Source: a virus
Reading direction: 5' to 3' (one strand)
DNA: 64,000 bases
Virus record (IMG/VR): IMGVR_UViG_3300046820_000975
Location: 47,925 to 111,924 of that record
Both the position numbers and the translations under genes were made by a program. Below are positions 53,901-61,336 of the stretch, piece by piece (position 1 is the first letter of the stretch; every line of letters begins with the position of its first letter). Under the pieces are notes generated by a model. The model did no database searches and was not told the DNA's origin. It was given only the letters and a program-made list of their open reading frames with translations.

Positions 53901-55297
53901 ACAGATCTTGGTTGAAAGGTGAAGAGTTTACTGAAGTTGAACCTGAACGTAGAAACTGGATTGTTGGTATTATTAACTCTGGTAGATTAGACAACAAGAA
54001 GTTCATATACTTTAAATCTGGAATCTACTCTCATGCTGATGCATTGGTGGAAATGATTAATACCAGAGATAAAGAAGCTGTTCAACCAACAGCACCTTCT
54101 GGAAATAAAGTTGATGTTACTAAAGTAGCACCAACGTTAGATTTATTCATGGTAACAAAAACATTACCAGGAGGAGTTACTTTAAAATATTACACTAAAG
54201 ATTCTCAGACTGCTGCAAAGTTTGGCGATGAAGCTGTCAAAGTTAAATTCAATACTGCAAATGTATTAGATCGTAAGTCTGACTTGTTTAAGCAATTAGT
54301 TACTGAATACAACAATGCAACTGGAGCAAAAGTTGATATCAGTCCTGGTAAGTTAGAACAACAATATGGTTTGTTTGAATATTTGAAAGGACGTGGATTT
54401 ACTTCTATTACTGCAGGTAGTGCAATTGTAGAATTTGGCGCATCTTCTGTTAAGAAGATTGAAACTGAAGTAAAAGCAAATCCAGATGAATATACTAATC
54501 ATTCTGGAGGAGCAGTTGGTGCTGATAGCAAGTTTGATGAAATCGGTAAAGAGTTTGGTCAATTAAATCATCAACATTACTATTATGGTTCTAAAACACC
54601 ATTAGGTAATGTATTATTGACAGATTCACAATTGCAAGAAGGTATTGAGGAAATGAAAAAAGCTGCTAAAATTCTTAATAGATTTCCAGCTAAAAAAGAT
54701 ACTATAAACCTTTTAGCAAGAAACTGGTTCCAAGTTAAAAACAGTACTCAAATTATTGCAATAGCTCCTATCGATTCATCTATGAAATTTGTTGAAGGTG
54801 GAACAGGTTGGGCAGTTGCAATGGGTCAAGCTAATAATAAAGAGATTAATGTTTTTAATCTTAAAGATAATAACTGGTATAAATGGAACGGTACAACTTT
54901 TGTCAAATCATCAGTTCCAGTTTTAGCTAAAAATTTTGCTGGCATTGGTAGTAGACAAAATTATGGAGTAATGACACCTCAGTCTATTCAAGCTATCAGA
55001 GATGTTTATGAAAATACATTTGGTACATCTGCTAAATCATCCACTGAATCTACAACTGAAGCACCAGATAGTACAGATGCACTAGCTGCTATGATGAAAA
55101 ACATGGAGAAGATAATGACAGATAACCTTGATTTGTCAGATCCTAAAACTGTAGATTATTTGTATAACCTATCTAGTAAAACTAGAACTAAAGAGAATTT
55201 CCAAATGGAAGCTCAAAAATTAGTTGTAAATTTACGTAGTAATAATGCAAACATTTCTAACGAAGAAATTCTAGATAATATAAAAAATTGTTTCTAA
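41969..55297 (+). CDS. Virion RNA polymerase polyprotein (two-barrel, crAss-like)
   Basis: 4442 aa; GSDFDVD catalytic loop at about 50144-50164 preceded by RIPT (50033); FDGQ motif; zincin YHEAFH (45068-45085); accessory C-terminal domains. Confidence 0.92.
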   Translation: MSCETQISKYTHIVQALLTQNFNVYKSFDNAVKFILSSDLTPEVKKLTIHNFAYIYEQLDNIVKASPEVKTSYLDIENTDKVKEAVHLLNDTDLYIKAMEGIFKIKATSPVTVEDIQKGIDDLTTLKSINRATDLAGPEGILAKIKSYVENTAFEDLGMRNSFVQSSIDALISAINYFTESPVYNNGLITYVRSELSKLSKTSEYVPISAIKDLAEVSLNNMIVTLTNKEMLEGYQQDDKVFVFLPDGTVEEMDKRYIKSIKPALPTYSNDIGNGLSYFTNEQLDSSLEMRPSANGYAERNAFKSRLESMANPQGQVSIHAVRLGAADRRVERMQQLSKSDPNYVQLANRTHETYETESQISKLKSGPNEVILSVARPTSEDQDIAITGVLSETGDIFNIYSTDNYTFVYSNNKTVKVDFTNPDHRALVKQLAVRLVDNKKIELTDADLAKLADAQSKYNAFKKDVIETHGETLKLNPSVDISDIFYKHYSILPSSRTTKKQPTLAEQMEADDRYSRSLEIFKRNADGTYTPTGSKKIPFVYTKWNNNSASPFMLNSMLASDEVIFYAGSYYSHDEYARDVLKLNARELDKLAQATKGTENSTALVIKFDAKGKMTVDNLMRIKPMAEAEHFALFMINFGEAVTKSNPKERAEAVKDLNFNKYTFKSRSLSTVLGGGTLYFNITTEGSGFTPSISLKYTGSNPDMLNINDSRNSFSVPLPLGLISKMHDTFMGKNSDLLKQVQNENETLKVYDLSTKEGLESFYMALPVLASNNTLGAKGRSLMTKIAEANTVFAKGVATNYFNELRKRAEAEKAASTEEDTSGEKIVGNVLAVMQKMMSGLQVEAMLAESDGNGNFHPQVEFTNANSSSYKSAFMTGGNNFRLVSAPTVTQPVIVSKGSVLPYSGKPVVEPAPVNVTRSEKPTATQEVPTTQIKTEEAKTEPKAPVKVGNKTFTNKNNPFSLASTKEGVSASSEAEIQSAVSLIKSILPQFDINLEDMSDVVDLTAIDGNVLGMYKDKVLYLNEKLKVAGVLYHEAFHGVFRHLMKYENRRALLDAVIGNARNKSKFTEKALLEFGRKRNLQLSLSELRDLAAEEILADGFKEYLTKKTSTTKKSLLTKFFELLKKVLNMFSSSRKLIEQTYEDIATGHYKHVAIQSGMYDGKAAYELVEGINELSLDNPANPEDVSYKSKSLTVDQQNQMIYMVTRHILNDSRSVSFDEKFDAATKYIREEVYNVDAIASKWPGMDVTAFKAKYGNLYSQYQFMLGGRMFGMNINDINSTGLEENNNIVLENTITNSEGESIDNTMGQFSYNQVKQMVSEHMKNLNNDVLEDESASVSTVMGEMNGDNSELTGDENASDTNDEVSSDQYDKNFYEINILDSAPTQFRKFLSMIQRDVFDPELGCTVPHMIDANYMMPMLLTLSSDNVPADIVDNLYVRAEQMRDNGYITHADDVTAVYNAIKELPQGSHMRNMIIDTLHATQIGYLMFNVTSPTVYKTTAEEESNMLKDNKLKVTLQDRMTANTAREYKNGLVSSMILEYKKNNNPKNRAAYDEKMKDLRYLLSDITNTKNILGESNPSARLDEFTNELHKGLVSIGLSIPKSMLKLSIIGIEMQNNNRKDILSRLSEKQLTEYNLDSNYIQENLHLEKSFFVSLSSIIQGVLDTHESLEKLLDDKSSAQYIITFNNILRRSSTYMSKYDPTAPNTIIKNASGKNIYSFVKYTPLMTIAQSVRRNGLKATLENDPYFKRFLKDFIGNNPMLGGVMTGATDEQTKKVELFLKNMQTVLFGGVQQGNNKIVKEGQTFKDIETGSLAILNIMSFMDRQREFSTDISGGTTEIQTFMRSYGQLEASQTNFMVTGLYDQYVNDKGVVDKSKISNALLGVIKQEYERIRKEYANREENKRTHGTTDLATGEVVNNVINNYNGKLGEDRVSIDTDSNSLRAYTFGKLADFFNDKDDVKQSLIQSAKENKEFSENDLKSIQEALGTYAENMFKKHVDNLVRKGVVKVNTYRQAKTFGVSGKAETFFTQGAGGKVKTTEVFEIPLLPDTIKLGYTDKTSVVNQYGSPENATKLVNDDGDTIGSAIMPNMKGLLQDAFYNTWINSLVFNDIFDGDAAMNIKNAVDMVKRNKKWLASGSNMKEGYHTVAYLDTILGFIHPVHSTHGPYRSEQEIIADPKLTEEMRAEILEDFKKAVSGLKVKDPITGKVTFDWGNTMQKMFDGQSVSLLMHQMDMFDTLGRMSEDAKQILIAKHYRPLTEGEERTLEAMKIVLNPKKTVTAARTSYHKLSENLIDRNDVSVIKPSKMIDEIGNPVSMSTIYEELGKLWNLVYDNRKYYQEALIAGNQEDAKQHMSDIQNIMTLIHDYYEPIKHRQELHDMLNSMEYHQIDQIMDTEASKCATKLPLNHSAAQRDSKGYINLPVSSVKVENNFKYLQVETSGVHDTAKYSVQSKVLIPADIQSLAEIISNNMINETGERLSKEDEEKINAISEKLLGDYESSMYEVMNARFEYLKNIMRGVVNPETGELEDKGFNTGKIFNLIRESMLSQRAPSNVVKLFEVNPDGTTKYNPNLPEIRKALQYYFFSQYSKHVTDEKGAGGKSIHVSSVGYNVLEQNGNVITTEEYKKNPAAYQDALVRQLGVSVEEEMVDGQMIKHYYVECIIPMPRFASEQHKEVFKEHLMKMFGTRIPTEDKRSMVSLKVVDFVDSTNANAIIVPQFVHLLAGSDFDVDALYQRMKAVYADAAGTYHAYGNYNYYRSNQEGQFVEFINSIASRSEFSGLISAEMDKLREQDSILPTEDVSKLLEYIGFFDHADHHHRDMSLTELKQRHELVKDMLKDLKESAKEYNKDASEYLDAILRGEIDLGPAGAGLLEKLQSAHEVSKDIDQALRERNEISTDKRIAYAALKLQATVNVLSKYGIPTSLESFNEDGKWGGMVAEKFQNKNLDATLNILSNELVFDNLYINERSSVERFEDIMEAFGINMEDVATNMNHYTLDFALYAKEINEMNKDGIGITANLNKFLALCSWFNLELSNPIWSFNSTNTAGEFESQLKNKFGAINEEKVRTIALIGNILGMFADGAKKPIPAALQMNEINANTILSMVGIGLSPEFAIAFNFIPEVRKAVDTVKYSQKALQENVSANTVYLNNALKEQLLDLYGRQDFSGKTVLQSLQQKGVFTADNPSSYRVNPINKSNIVIDFAARQFANETGGLDAMMSNTLPLSQIGFNVKTKTSELTEDEQKAILLTYYYDQVSQSWDLLRSGSITNLFKRLNPDFNAFDKLKQNVDGLLSGDQTIFTPDSLNRLKLGYQVWNVLHSTLNDLDNQASKLFLERSDVMRPLMNSFKGMFMRPETMADVLVGTIGIQHVVNTLPGSIKSPNPEIQAMLDDLDSTIKNSFTTEYWFTHNLGDDLSKLQQKYPGNKFLEILREDRGSDVIKGVTVTGMEVDVPMRFIRTIGGYESSDQRVKDIHDDAAALMQNTDSRLFMRKLYFHELARTGAGYAKNSFMQFLPTELKKPLSDSIGEFVRIFTENSNDREGLLENLKSYLGPEATNEQVYDMFKNIALQMAYAASREVGNTKIKGVSPISYFIDKSGIEGSYTSGLLRNMEIVKNSKGNTDLMAMKESAIKLVAKTFGIDPSKAASAKAFTPNVKTLGDSFVLNMDAYQDVYNATEKAQLSIGYKLGLRYKSGTYTFPLIIRVEGGTYILSGTDKASSSDLGKNIFNAITYTEADYTKMLMEGEDIQLGIPLSGSKAKYELIPTEYVNSNLNPVGFSKEQADVYKNLMQRKTKIELSKNKALIATGEKRIADEDIATFNALVKTLKRLPQEFSTRESRFTEFYNPTTGYREKAPQSSIWFKNENDLYDLVDKEEGEVYISNVNLSTGRQYKIATPEEIAAAKMNVASETTPATIEIFDGITASKMAAKEGKGIYAMTVNPGEKIPGLTEKTHFGNPWSVGNKNKEFSTDTNEEAVANYRSWLKGEEFTEVEPERRNWIVGIINSGRLDNKKFIYFKSGIYSHADALVEMINTRDKEAVQPTAPSGNKVDVTKVAPTLDLFMVTKTLPGGVTLKYYTKDSQTAAKFGDEAVKVKFNTANVLDRKSDLFKQLVTEYNNATGAKVDISPGKLEQQYGLFEYLKGRGFTSITAGSAIVEFGASSVKKIETEVKANPDEYTNHSGGAVGADSKFDEIGKEFGQLNHQHYYYGSKTPLGNVLLTDSQLQEGIEEMKKAAKILNRFPAKKDTINLLARNWFQVKNSTQIIAIAPIDSSMKFVEGGTGWAVAMGQANNKEINVFNLKDNNWYKWNGTTFVKSSVPVLAKNFAGIGSRQNYGVMTPQSIQAIRDVYENTFGTSAKSSTESTTEAPDSTDALAAMMKNMEKIMTDNLDLSDPKTVDYLYNLSSKTRTKENFQMEAQKLVVNLRSNNANISNEEILDNIKNCF

Positions 55298-55298
55298 C

Positions 55299-58200
55299 AT
55301 GGCAAACTTTTGTCCATCTGGCCCAGAATGGTCAGCACTTGAAAAAGAATTAGGTAAAGGTGACGCAACAACTGCGTTACTTTTAAATGGTAATGCTGGC
55401 CTAAGTAATCCAATTCCATCTGTAGCTGAAGCAAAAGCTATATTACACAATCTAATGATTGATGATAAAGATGAGCAGATGGTTAAATCATCTGACTCAT
55501 ATAAGCTGGTAAAAGCAAAAGAGGAGTTGGCACGTTTGCAAAACGCAATGATCAGTGCTACGCCAGATCAACAACAAACACTTGAAGTTCTCAGAAAGAG
55601 TGCTGAGTCTCGCGTCTTGTTTCACAAAGGAAATATTGAACGTGTAGCTAAAGGAGAAGAACCAATTAAAACTTTATCTGTCAGTACGCTAATGGGATCT
55701 TCAGAATTTAATGGAGATCCTTCTAAGTATGAAGCATTTAAATTGTTTGGTACTTTTATGCACGAGGTTATTGAAAGAGCACAGATCTTAACTAACCTTG
55801 CAAACAAACCTAACGTAAACATTAATGATGTCTTTAACAGAGAGTTCTTTGATGAAGTATACGCTAAGTTTCAAAAGAGAAGTCAGTTTGAAATATCAGG
55901 ACTAACACCTGATACATTGTTTGTTTTATCTAAACAACTTATTGATCAGATCAGCCATTACAAAGCACAAGGTTGTGTAATATTACCAGAGGTAAGTATC
56001 AGTGGATATACTAACTATGCTAACATGGTAGTAGGAAGGATTGATATGATGGTCATTGATCCATTTGGTAAAATTAAAATCCTTGATTTTAAAACTAAAA
56101 AGTGTCACTCAATCATTGATGTGGACGCTTCAGGTAATCGTATAGTAAGTGCTGATAGAGTATACCTTGAACTTGCAGATGAATCAAAAGAGATTACTGC
56201 AAAACCAGGAACACACTCAAGCTTTGCAAAAGGTAAACGTTCTGCTTATGACTCATGGGCATTACAGCTACAGATCTATAACAATATGTTAGAAAGCGCA
56301 GGTTTATCTGTTGACAATCATTCTATCATTGGTCTTGTTTACCAAACTAATGATTCTCAAGAGTTTATGGGTGCATCAACATTAGTGTTTAATGATGATA
56401 ACTTTTATAACTATGCAGGTGTTGCTGTAGTACCAAACGGTGCAGGATATGTTAAAGTAGATCCAGCAGCTAAAAAGAAAAAGATTGATGGCTTACGTGC
56501 ATTAGTTGATGAGATTATTCCTACAGGTAAGGAGAAAGAAAAAGCAGCAGAGAAACAAGCAAAGCAAGATTTCATACCAACCAAAGCACAAAACGATAAG
56601 TTACGTGATAAAATTCAATCTGTATTAAATTCAGAATTAGCTGACCTTGGTAAACAAATCAATCTTCTTTCAAAGAATGATAAGAACAATCCTACCTTGG
56701 CTGTACTTAAACAGCACAGAGAAGCTTTGATGAAACTTAGAACACGTTTCCAAAACATGTCTGAAGAAGACAGACAGTACTCTTACAACTTCTCATTAAC
56801 CATGGACTTCGTTCTACAAGAGTTGGCAAACTTTGAGAAAGAGTCAATGGCTGATATGGAAAAGATACGTAGCACTGATACTGAAAACTTAACGCAGAAC
56901 AATGATACGTTAAAAGCAATGACTGCGCGTTTCCAAAAATCAAGAACTGCAGCTGCTATTGTTGATGCGTTAAGTGAGATTGTCAGTGAAGCAAGACGTA
57001 ATAAGTCTAACGGTATCACAGAAGGTAGTGAAGTATATGAGAAGATTGAAACATTACGTTCAATGATTGCAGGTGTTGAAGCTGATTTCAGAGAAGCAAG
57101 TATTAAATGCGCTATTAAAATTTTTAGATCTCCAGGTGAAGAGAATTTTAAAAGCGTAAAGAAAGATGTACAAAATGCATTAGCACCTAAGTTAGCATTA
57201 GCAAGAAAACAACTTGAAGATTTAAAAGCTGGTAAGTATGCTGGTGTATGGAATACAATCAAAGCTAAAACATTTAGTTTCTTAAGTAAAGATTATAAAG
57301 AGAAACTTGCACAAAAGATTGGACCTGATGGTGCTGGTATCTTAAACGCTATTGAATCTAAAGAGCGTGAAGTTATGAAGCTTGAAGCTTTAGTAAATCA
57401 TGGTATTGACTACAATGATGATTCTATGGCAGCTTACATAAATGGATTAACAGATCCTGCAGCTGTTGGATTATTTGTTGGTAACTCTAACATATATAAT
57501 CCTAGTGCAATCATGGGAGGAATTGGAGCTATGCTTGTAGATCCAGGTTCTCTTGTCGCAGGCGCATCAAGTTCTGAACTTGGTATATCTTCGTTTGTAT
57601 TATGCATGAAGAATGCAGAGGCACAAATGCGTAGAAACTTACAAGAAGATTTTCTTGCATTAGATTTTGATAAACGTATGGAAAAAATGCTAAAGCGTTT
57701 TTCAATTGAAGAATTGAATGATGCTATTAGCGAATGGCGTACTGTTTCTTACAGAGATAAAGATGGCAACTTACAAGAAAAGCAAGAGTTATATATTGTT
57801 AAACCTTACTCAGAACAGTATGAGAAAACTTATACTGAACACAATGATACCTTAAGAACTTACTCTAAAGAAATTAGTGAACTAGAAGAAAAAGTATATT
57901 CAAGTTTTGGTAAACCAGAACATGATGGGTTAAAAGCTGATTTGATTGCAAAGCGTTCTGAACGTGACATGTACAAAGCGCAACATATTCAATGGATGAT
58001 TGACAACTGTAGTCTTCCTTATAATGAGGACTTCTACAAGTTGCAGCAGATGTTACCAGAAGAGATACGTGAACCATTACAGAAATTGTATTTGGAAATG
58101 GAAATTCTTCAACATACATCAGGTGCTGAAAACAGATCATCTGTCATGGATGCTGATGACTTTGATCGTATGCAAGAGATTCAAGTTGAGATACGTAAAC

Positions 58201-61200
58201 TAAGAAACAAAGCAAAAGAACTTAATCCGCAGTACGCAGAGTACATGGATAAGTTTAATGAGTTGTACGATTATGAAGAAGATGAAGCTGCGTTTAAACG
58301 TGCACACGATGCTGCGTTAGCTAAATATTCTGGTACACCTCAGATGGAAGAATGGTTAAAACAAAATGAAATCATGGTTCCAACTGAAGAATGGTACGAG
58401 CGTCTTAATGAATTGTATGAAGAGCGTGCTGCTTTATATGGTGAAGATGCTGATAGCGAAGCTATCGCAGAGTTAATGGAACGTCGCAGAGAGATCTTGC
58501 GTCCTCATAAACCTAACGGTAAATTTACTTCTAAGTTTATGACTGCAGATGAAGTTTCTGAATTGGATTCTATCTATAATGCGTTAGATCAAATTTTTGC
58601 AGAAAAAGAAATATCTGGTAAAGGTAAAGTTTTAACTGGTGCATCTAAAGATAGAGCGCGTAGTATCAGAAACGAGATTAACAGATTAAGTCAAACAAAG
58701 ATCAGCAACACATACACTGAAACATTTAACTCAATGACTAATTTGTTAAATGCAAGAAAGTCTGAAGTACTTACAGCAGAAGCAAATGAAATCAAAGTAA
58801 AAGCTGCAGGTAGTGGTGCAACAGCAGAAGAGATTGCTAAAGCTGAACAAGAAAGAATTGCTGTAACTGAAGCATTCTCAAGATATGAAACTGAATACAA
58901 AGAGTGGTATAATAAAAACCACAATACAAAGTATGAATCTATTTTGACAGGATTTGATCCACATAACAAAGTAGTTAAGCAATTTAACTATGAGCGTGTA
59001 CCTTCTGTTGAAGCTGAAGCACAATACCTTAAACCAAAACATCCTAAGTTTACAAAACGTGTATTAAAAGAGTCAGCTAAGAATCCTAATTATCATCTTA
59101 GTGCAGACAATATTCCAATGCCTAAAGGTGTAAACAAAGATGCTAAAGGTCAGATTGATATTGATAATCGTACTGTTGATCCAAGAAACATCAACGCAAA
59201 GTACAATCAAATAATGGCTGATCCTGAACTTAGTGAGTTTTATACTGCACTAACTTCAATGCACTTTAATCTTCAAAAAAAGATTGAAGGTAATCCTGTT
59301 GGTTATAAAGTTCCTGGATACGCTGCGTCAACTGTAGAAAACATTGCGCGTAAAGGTATTATGGGATCTATTGATGCTGAAGTAAAGAAGTTCATTGATG
59401 CAAACTTAAACGTTCATGGTGAACAAGACTTAGCTGCAAACGTGTTTGGTGATGCTGGTCAAGTAATACGCATGGGTCACTCACACCAATTAAGCAAAGA
59501 CTTGCAAACGCAAGATGCTATTGGTGCTGTAATGAAATACGCATTAGAAGCACATCATAACATTGCAATGCAAGAAGTTGCACCAATGTCAGAAGCTTAC
59601 ATTCAGTTGTTAGAACTTAAAGCTGAAGATCTTAAAAAAGAAATTCAAAAAGGTAAGACTACCTATACAGATGACAAAGGCAACGTTATTGAAGTTGACA
59701 TGTCTAAACGTTTGAATGACTTGCAGAATGTTATTGAACAATGTAAGTTTGAACGTGATAAGTATATTTATGGTCAAACTGAATTCAGTAATTCAGAAGC
59801 AAGTAGAAAGATTAAGAAGTTTGTAAATGGCGTATTCAAATATACAAGCTTTATTCGTTTGAGCTTTGATATGGCAGCTCAAACAAAGAACTATTTCTCT
59901 GGTAACATCCAAGCATTTATTGCTGCAGGTGGTAGCAAATCAGATCACTACTCTATGCAAGACTTTGCATGGGCCAAAGGTAAGTTATATGGTTATGATG
60001 GATTCCTAGCTAATTACTTTAAAGACTGGGGTAAAGTTTCTGACATTAGTGAATCAACAATGCTTTATCGTATGTTGAATCCTGCACAGAAAGATTACTC
60101 ACATTATCTTGAAGACATTACTGCAGGACGTACCAGACGTATAGGAGCTAAGCTTCTTAACTTCCAGGAAATGGGATATATGTTACAGGAAAACGGTGAT
60201 ACAGAAATTGCTGTTACTGTGATGTATGCTGTTATGAAACACTACAAGTACGAGAAGATTAAGAAAGTTAATCCTGATGGATCAGTAGAATTTGAATTAG
60301 ATGATAATGGTAACCCAGTAATGGTAAGTGCAGCTGAAGCATATTACAAAGATGCAAAAGGAATGCTTGTACGCAGACCTGATGTTAACTATAAACAATC
60401 TGATGAAGATCGTTTGAGAAACATTATCTACTCAGAAATGCGTCGTACACAAGGTAACTATGCTAAAGCAGATATGACCAGATTTGAACGTGGTCCTATT
60501 GGTAAGTTTGTTTTCTTCTTCCGTAAGTACTTGATACCACAATTGTTAAATCGTTTTGGTTACATGCGTCCTAACTATGAAGCAGGTGAAGCAGCTATGG
60601 GATACTGGCGTGCTGTATATGATTGCTGGAAATTCTATGGTGCAGCAAACACTACAAAACACTTTATATTAGGTAACAAACTTGCTAAAAAGTTTGGTAG
60701 CAACGTTGACGTATATGATGTAATTGACCCTGCAACTGGAAAAACTGTTCAGATGAGTGGTGATTTCTATAGCAGAAAGATTGATCAATCAAGACGTGAT
60801 GCTATTGCAATGGCCATTGTATCTATGATGGGTATGATGCTAGTAGCAGCATTACGTGGACGTGATGATGATGAACCTATTGGTATGATTGAAGGTAATA
60901 TGATGCGTGTTCTCTGGGGTGTAAAGGGTGAAACCTTGGCAATGTTCCCACTAGGTGGTGGATCAGATGAGTATATCAGAAACTTCACAACCATCTCAGT
61001 TTATACACGTGAAGTACAAGCAGCTGGACGTTTTGCGTCACACGCCTGGACTCTGGGACGTGCTAAACTTATGGGATTGGATGAAATGCCTGACAGAGAT
61101 GAGGATCCATACAGCTATGAGATCTACAAAGGAGCTTATTACACACGTAAATCTGGCTCTTATGAGAAAGGGGAAGCTAAGATTGTAAAGGACTTTGTTG

Positions 61201-61277
61201 ACTTCTCAGGTATGCGTAACTTCAGAAACTTCTTCAGTCCAGAAGAAATGGTACAACAACAGAAAAGACAACAATAA
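55299..61277 (+). CDS. Giant ejected protein with N-terminal PD-(D/E)XK nuclease domain
   Basis: 1992 aa; SVST..., GTFMHEVIE, E, GRIDMMVID...ILDFKTK, QLQIY (RecB/Cas4-like motifs); C-terminal QGNY...FFRKY segment and hydrophobic helix. Confidence 0.8.
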   Translation: MANFCPSGPEWSALEKELGKGDATTALLLNGNAGLSNPIPSVAEAKAILHNLMIDDKDEQMVKSSDSYKLVKAKEELARLQNAMISATPDQQQTLEVLRKSAESRVLFHKGNIERVAKGEEPIKTLSVSTLMGSSEFNGDPSKYEAFKLFGTFMHEVIERAQILTNLANKPNVNINDVFNREFFDEVYAKFQKRSQFEISGLTPDTLFVLSKQLIDQISHYKAQGCVILPEVSISGYTNYANMVVGRIDMMVIDPFGKIKILDFKTKKCHSIIDVDASGNRIVSADRVYLELADESKEITAKPGTHSSFAKGKRSAYDSWALQLQIYNNMLESAGLSVDNHSIIGLVYQTNDSQEFMGASTLVFNDDNFYNYAGVAVVPNGAGYVKVDPAAKKKKIDGLRALVDEIIPTGKEKEKAAEKQAKQDFIPTKAQNDKLRDKIQSVLNSELADLGKQINLLSKNDKNNPTLAVLKQHREALMKLRTRFQNMSEEDRQYSYNFSLTMDFVLQELANFEKESMADMEKIRSTDTENLTQNNDTLKAMTARFQKSRTAAAIVDALSEIVSEARRNKSNGITEGSEVYEKIETLRSMIAGVEADFREASIKCAIKIFRSPGEENFKSVKKDVQNALAPKLALARKQLEDLKAGKYAGVWNTIKAKTFSFLSKDYKEKLAQKIGPDGAGILNAIESKEREVMKLEALVNHGIDYNDDSMAAYINGLTDPAAVGLFVGNSNIYNPSAIMGGIGAMLVDPGSLVAGASSSELGISSFVLCMKNAEAQMRRNLQEDFLALDFDKRMEKMLKRFSIEELNDAISEWRTVSYRDKDGNLQEKQELYIVKPYSEQYEKTYTEHNDTLRTYSKEISELEEKVYSSFGKPEHDGLKADLIAKRSERDMYKAQHIQWMIDNCSLPYNEDFYKLQQMLPEEIREPLQKLYLEMEILQHTSGAENRSSVMDADDFDRMQEIQVEIRKLRNKAKELNPQYAEYMDKFNELYDYEEDEAAFKRAHDAALAKYSGTPQMEEWLKQNEIMVPTEEWYERLNELYEERAALYGEDADSEAIAELMERRREILRPHKPNGKFTSKFMTADEVSELDSIYNALDQIFAEKEISGKGKVLTGASKDRARSIRNEINRLSQTKISNTYTETFNSMTNLLNARKSEVLTAEANEIKVKAAGSGATAEEIAKAEQERIAVTEAFSRYETEYKEWYNKNHNTKYESILTGFDPHNKVVKQFNYERVPSVEAEAQYLKPKHPKFTKRVLKESAKNPNYHLSADNIPMPKGVNKDAKGQIDIDNRTVDPRNINAKYNQIMADPELSEFYTALTSMHFNLQKKIEGNPVGYKVPGYAASTVENIARKGIMGSIDAEVKKFIDANLNVHGEQDLAANVFGDAGQVIRMGHSHQLSKDLQTQDAIGAVMKYALEAHHNIAMQEVAPMSEAYIQLLELKAEDLKKEIQKGKTTYTDDKGNVIEVDMSKRLNDLQNVIEQCKFERDKYIYGQTEFSNSEASRKIKKFVNGVFKYTSFIRLSFDMAAQTKNYFSGNIQAFIAAGGSKSDHYSMQDFAWAKGKLYGYDGFLANYFKDWGKVSDISESTMLYRMLNPAQKDYSHYLEDITAGRTRRIGAKLLNFQEMGYMLQENGDTEIAVTVMYAVMKHYKYEKIKKVNPDGSVEFELDDNGNPVMVSAAEAYYKDAKGMLVRRPDVNYKQSDEDRLRNIIYSEMRRTQGNYAKADMTRFERGPIGKFVFFFRKYLIPQLLNRFGYMRPNYEAGEAAMGYWRAVYDCWKFYGAANTTKHFILGNKLAKKFGSNVDVYDVIDPATGKTVQMSGDFYSRKIDQSRRDAIAMAIVSMMGMMLVAALRGRDDDEPIGMIEGNMMRVLWGVKGETLAMFPLGGGSDEYIRNFTTISVYTREVQAAGRFASHAWTLGRAKLMGLDEMPDRDEDPYSYEIYKGAYYTRKSGSYEKGEAKIVKDFVDFSGMRNFRNFFSPEEMVQQQKRQQ

Positions 61278-61291
61278 TAGCTAAAAAATTG

Positions 61292-61327
61292 GTAAATTAT
61301 AATAAGGGGTAGCCAAAAACTACCCCT
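61292..61327 (+). promoter_or_regulatory. Promoter-like motif followed by a GC-rich hairpin
   Basis: GTAAATTATAATAA then AGGGGTAG-CCAAAAA-CTACCCCT with no U-tract; possibly a 5' stabilising stem. Confidence 0.45.
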
Positions 61328-61336
61328 ACAATTAAC

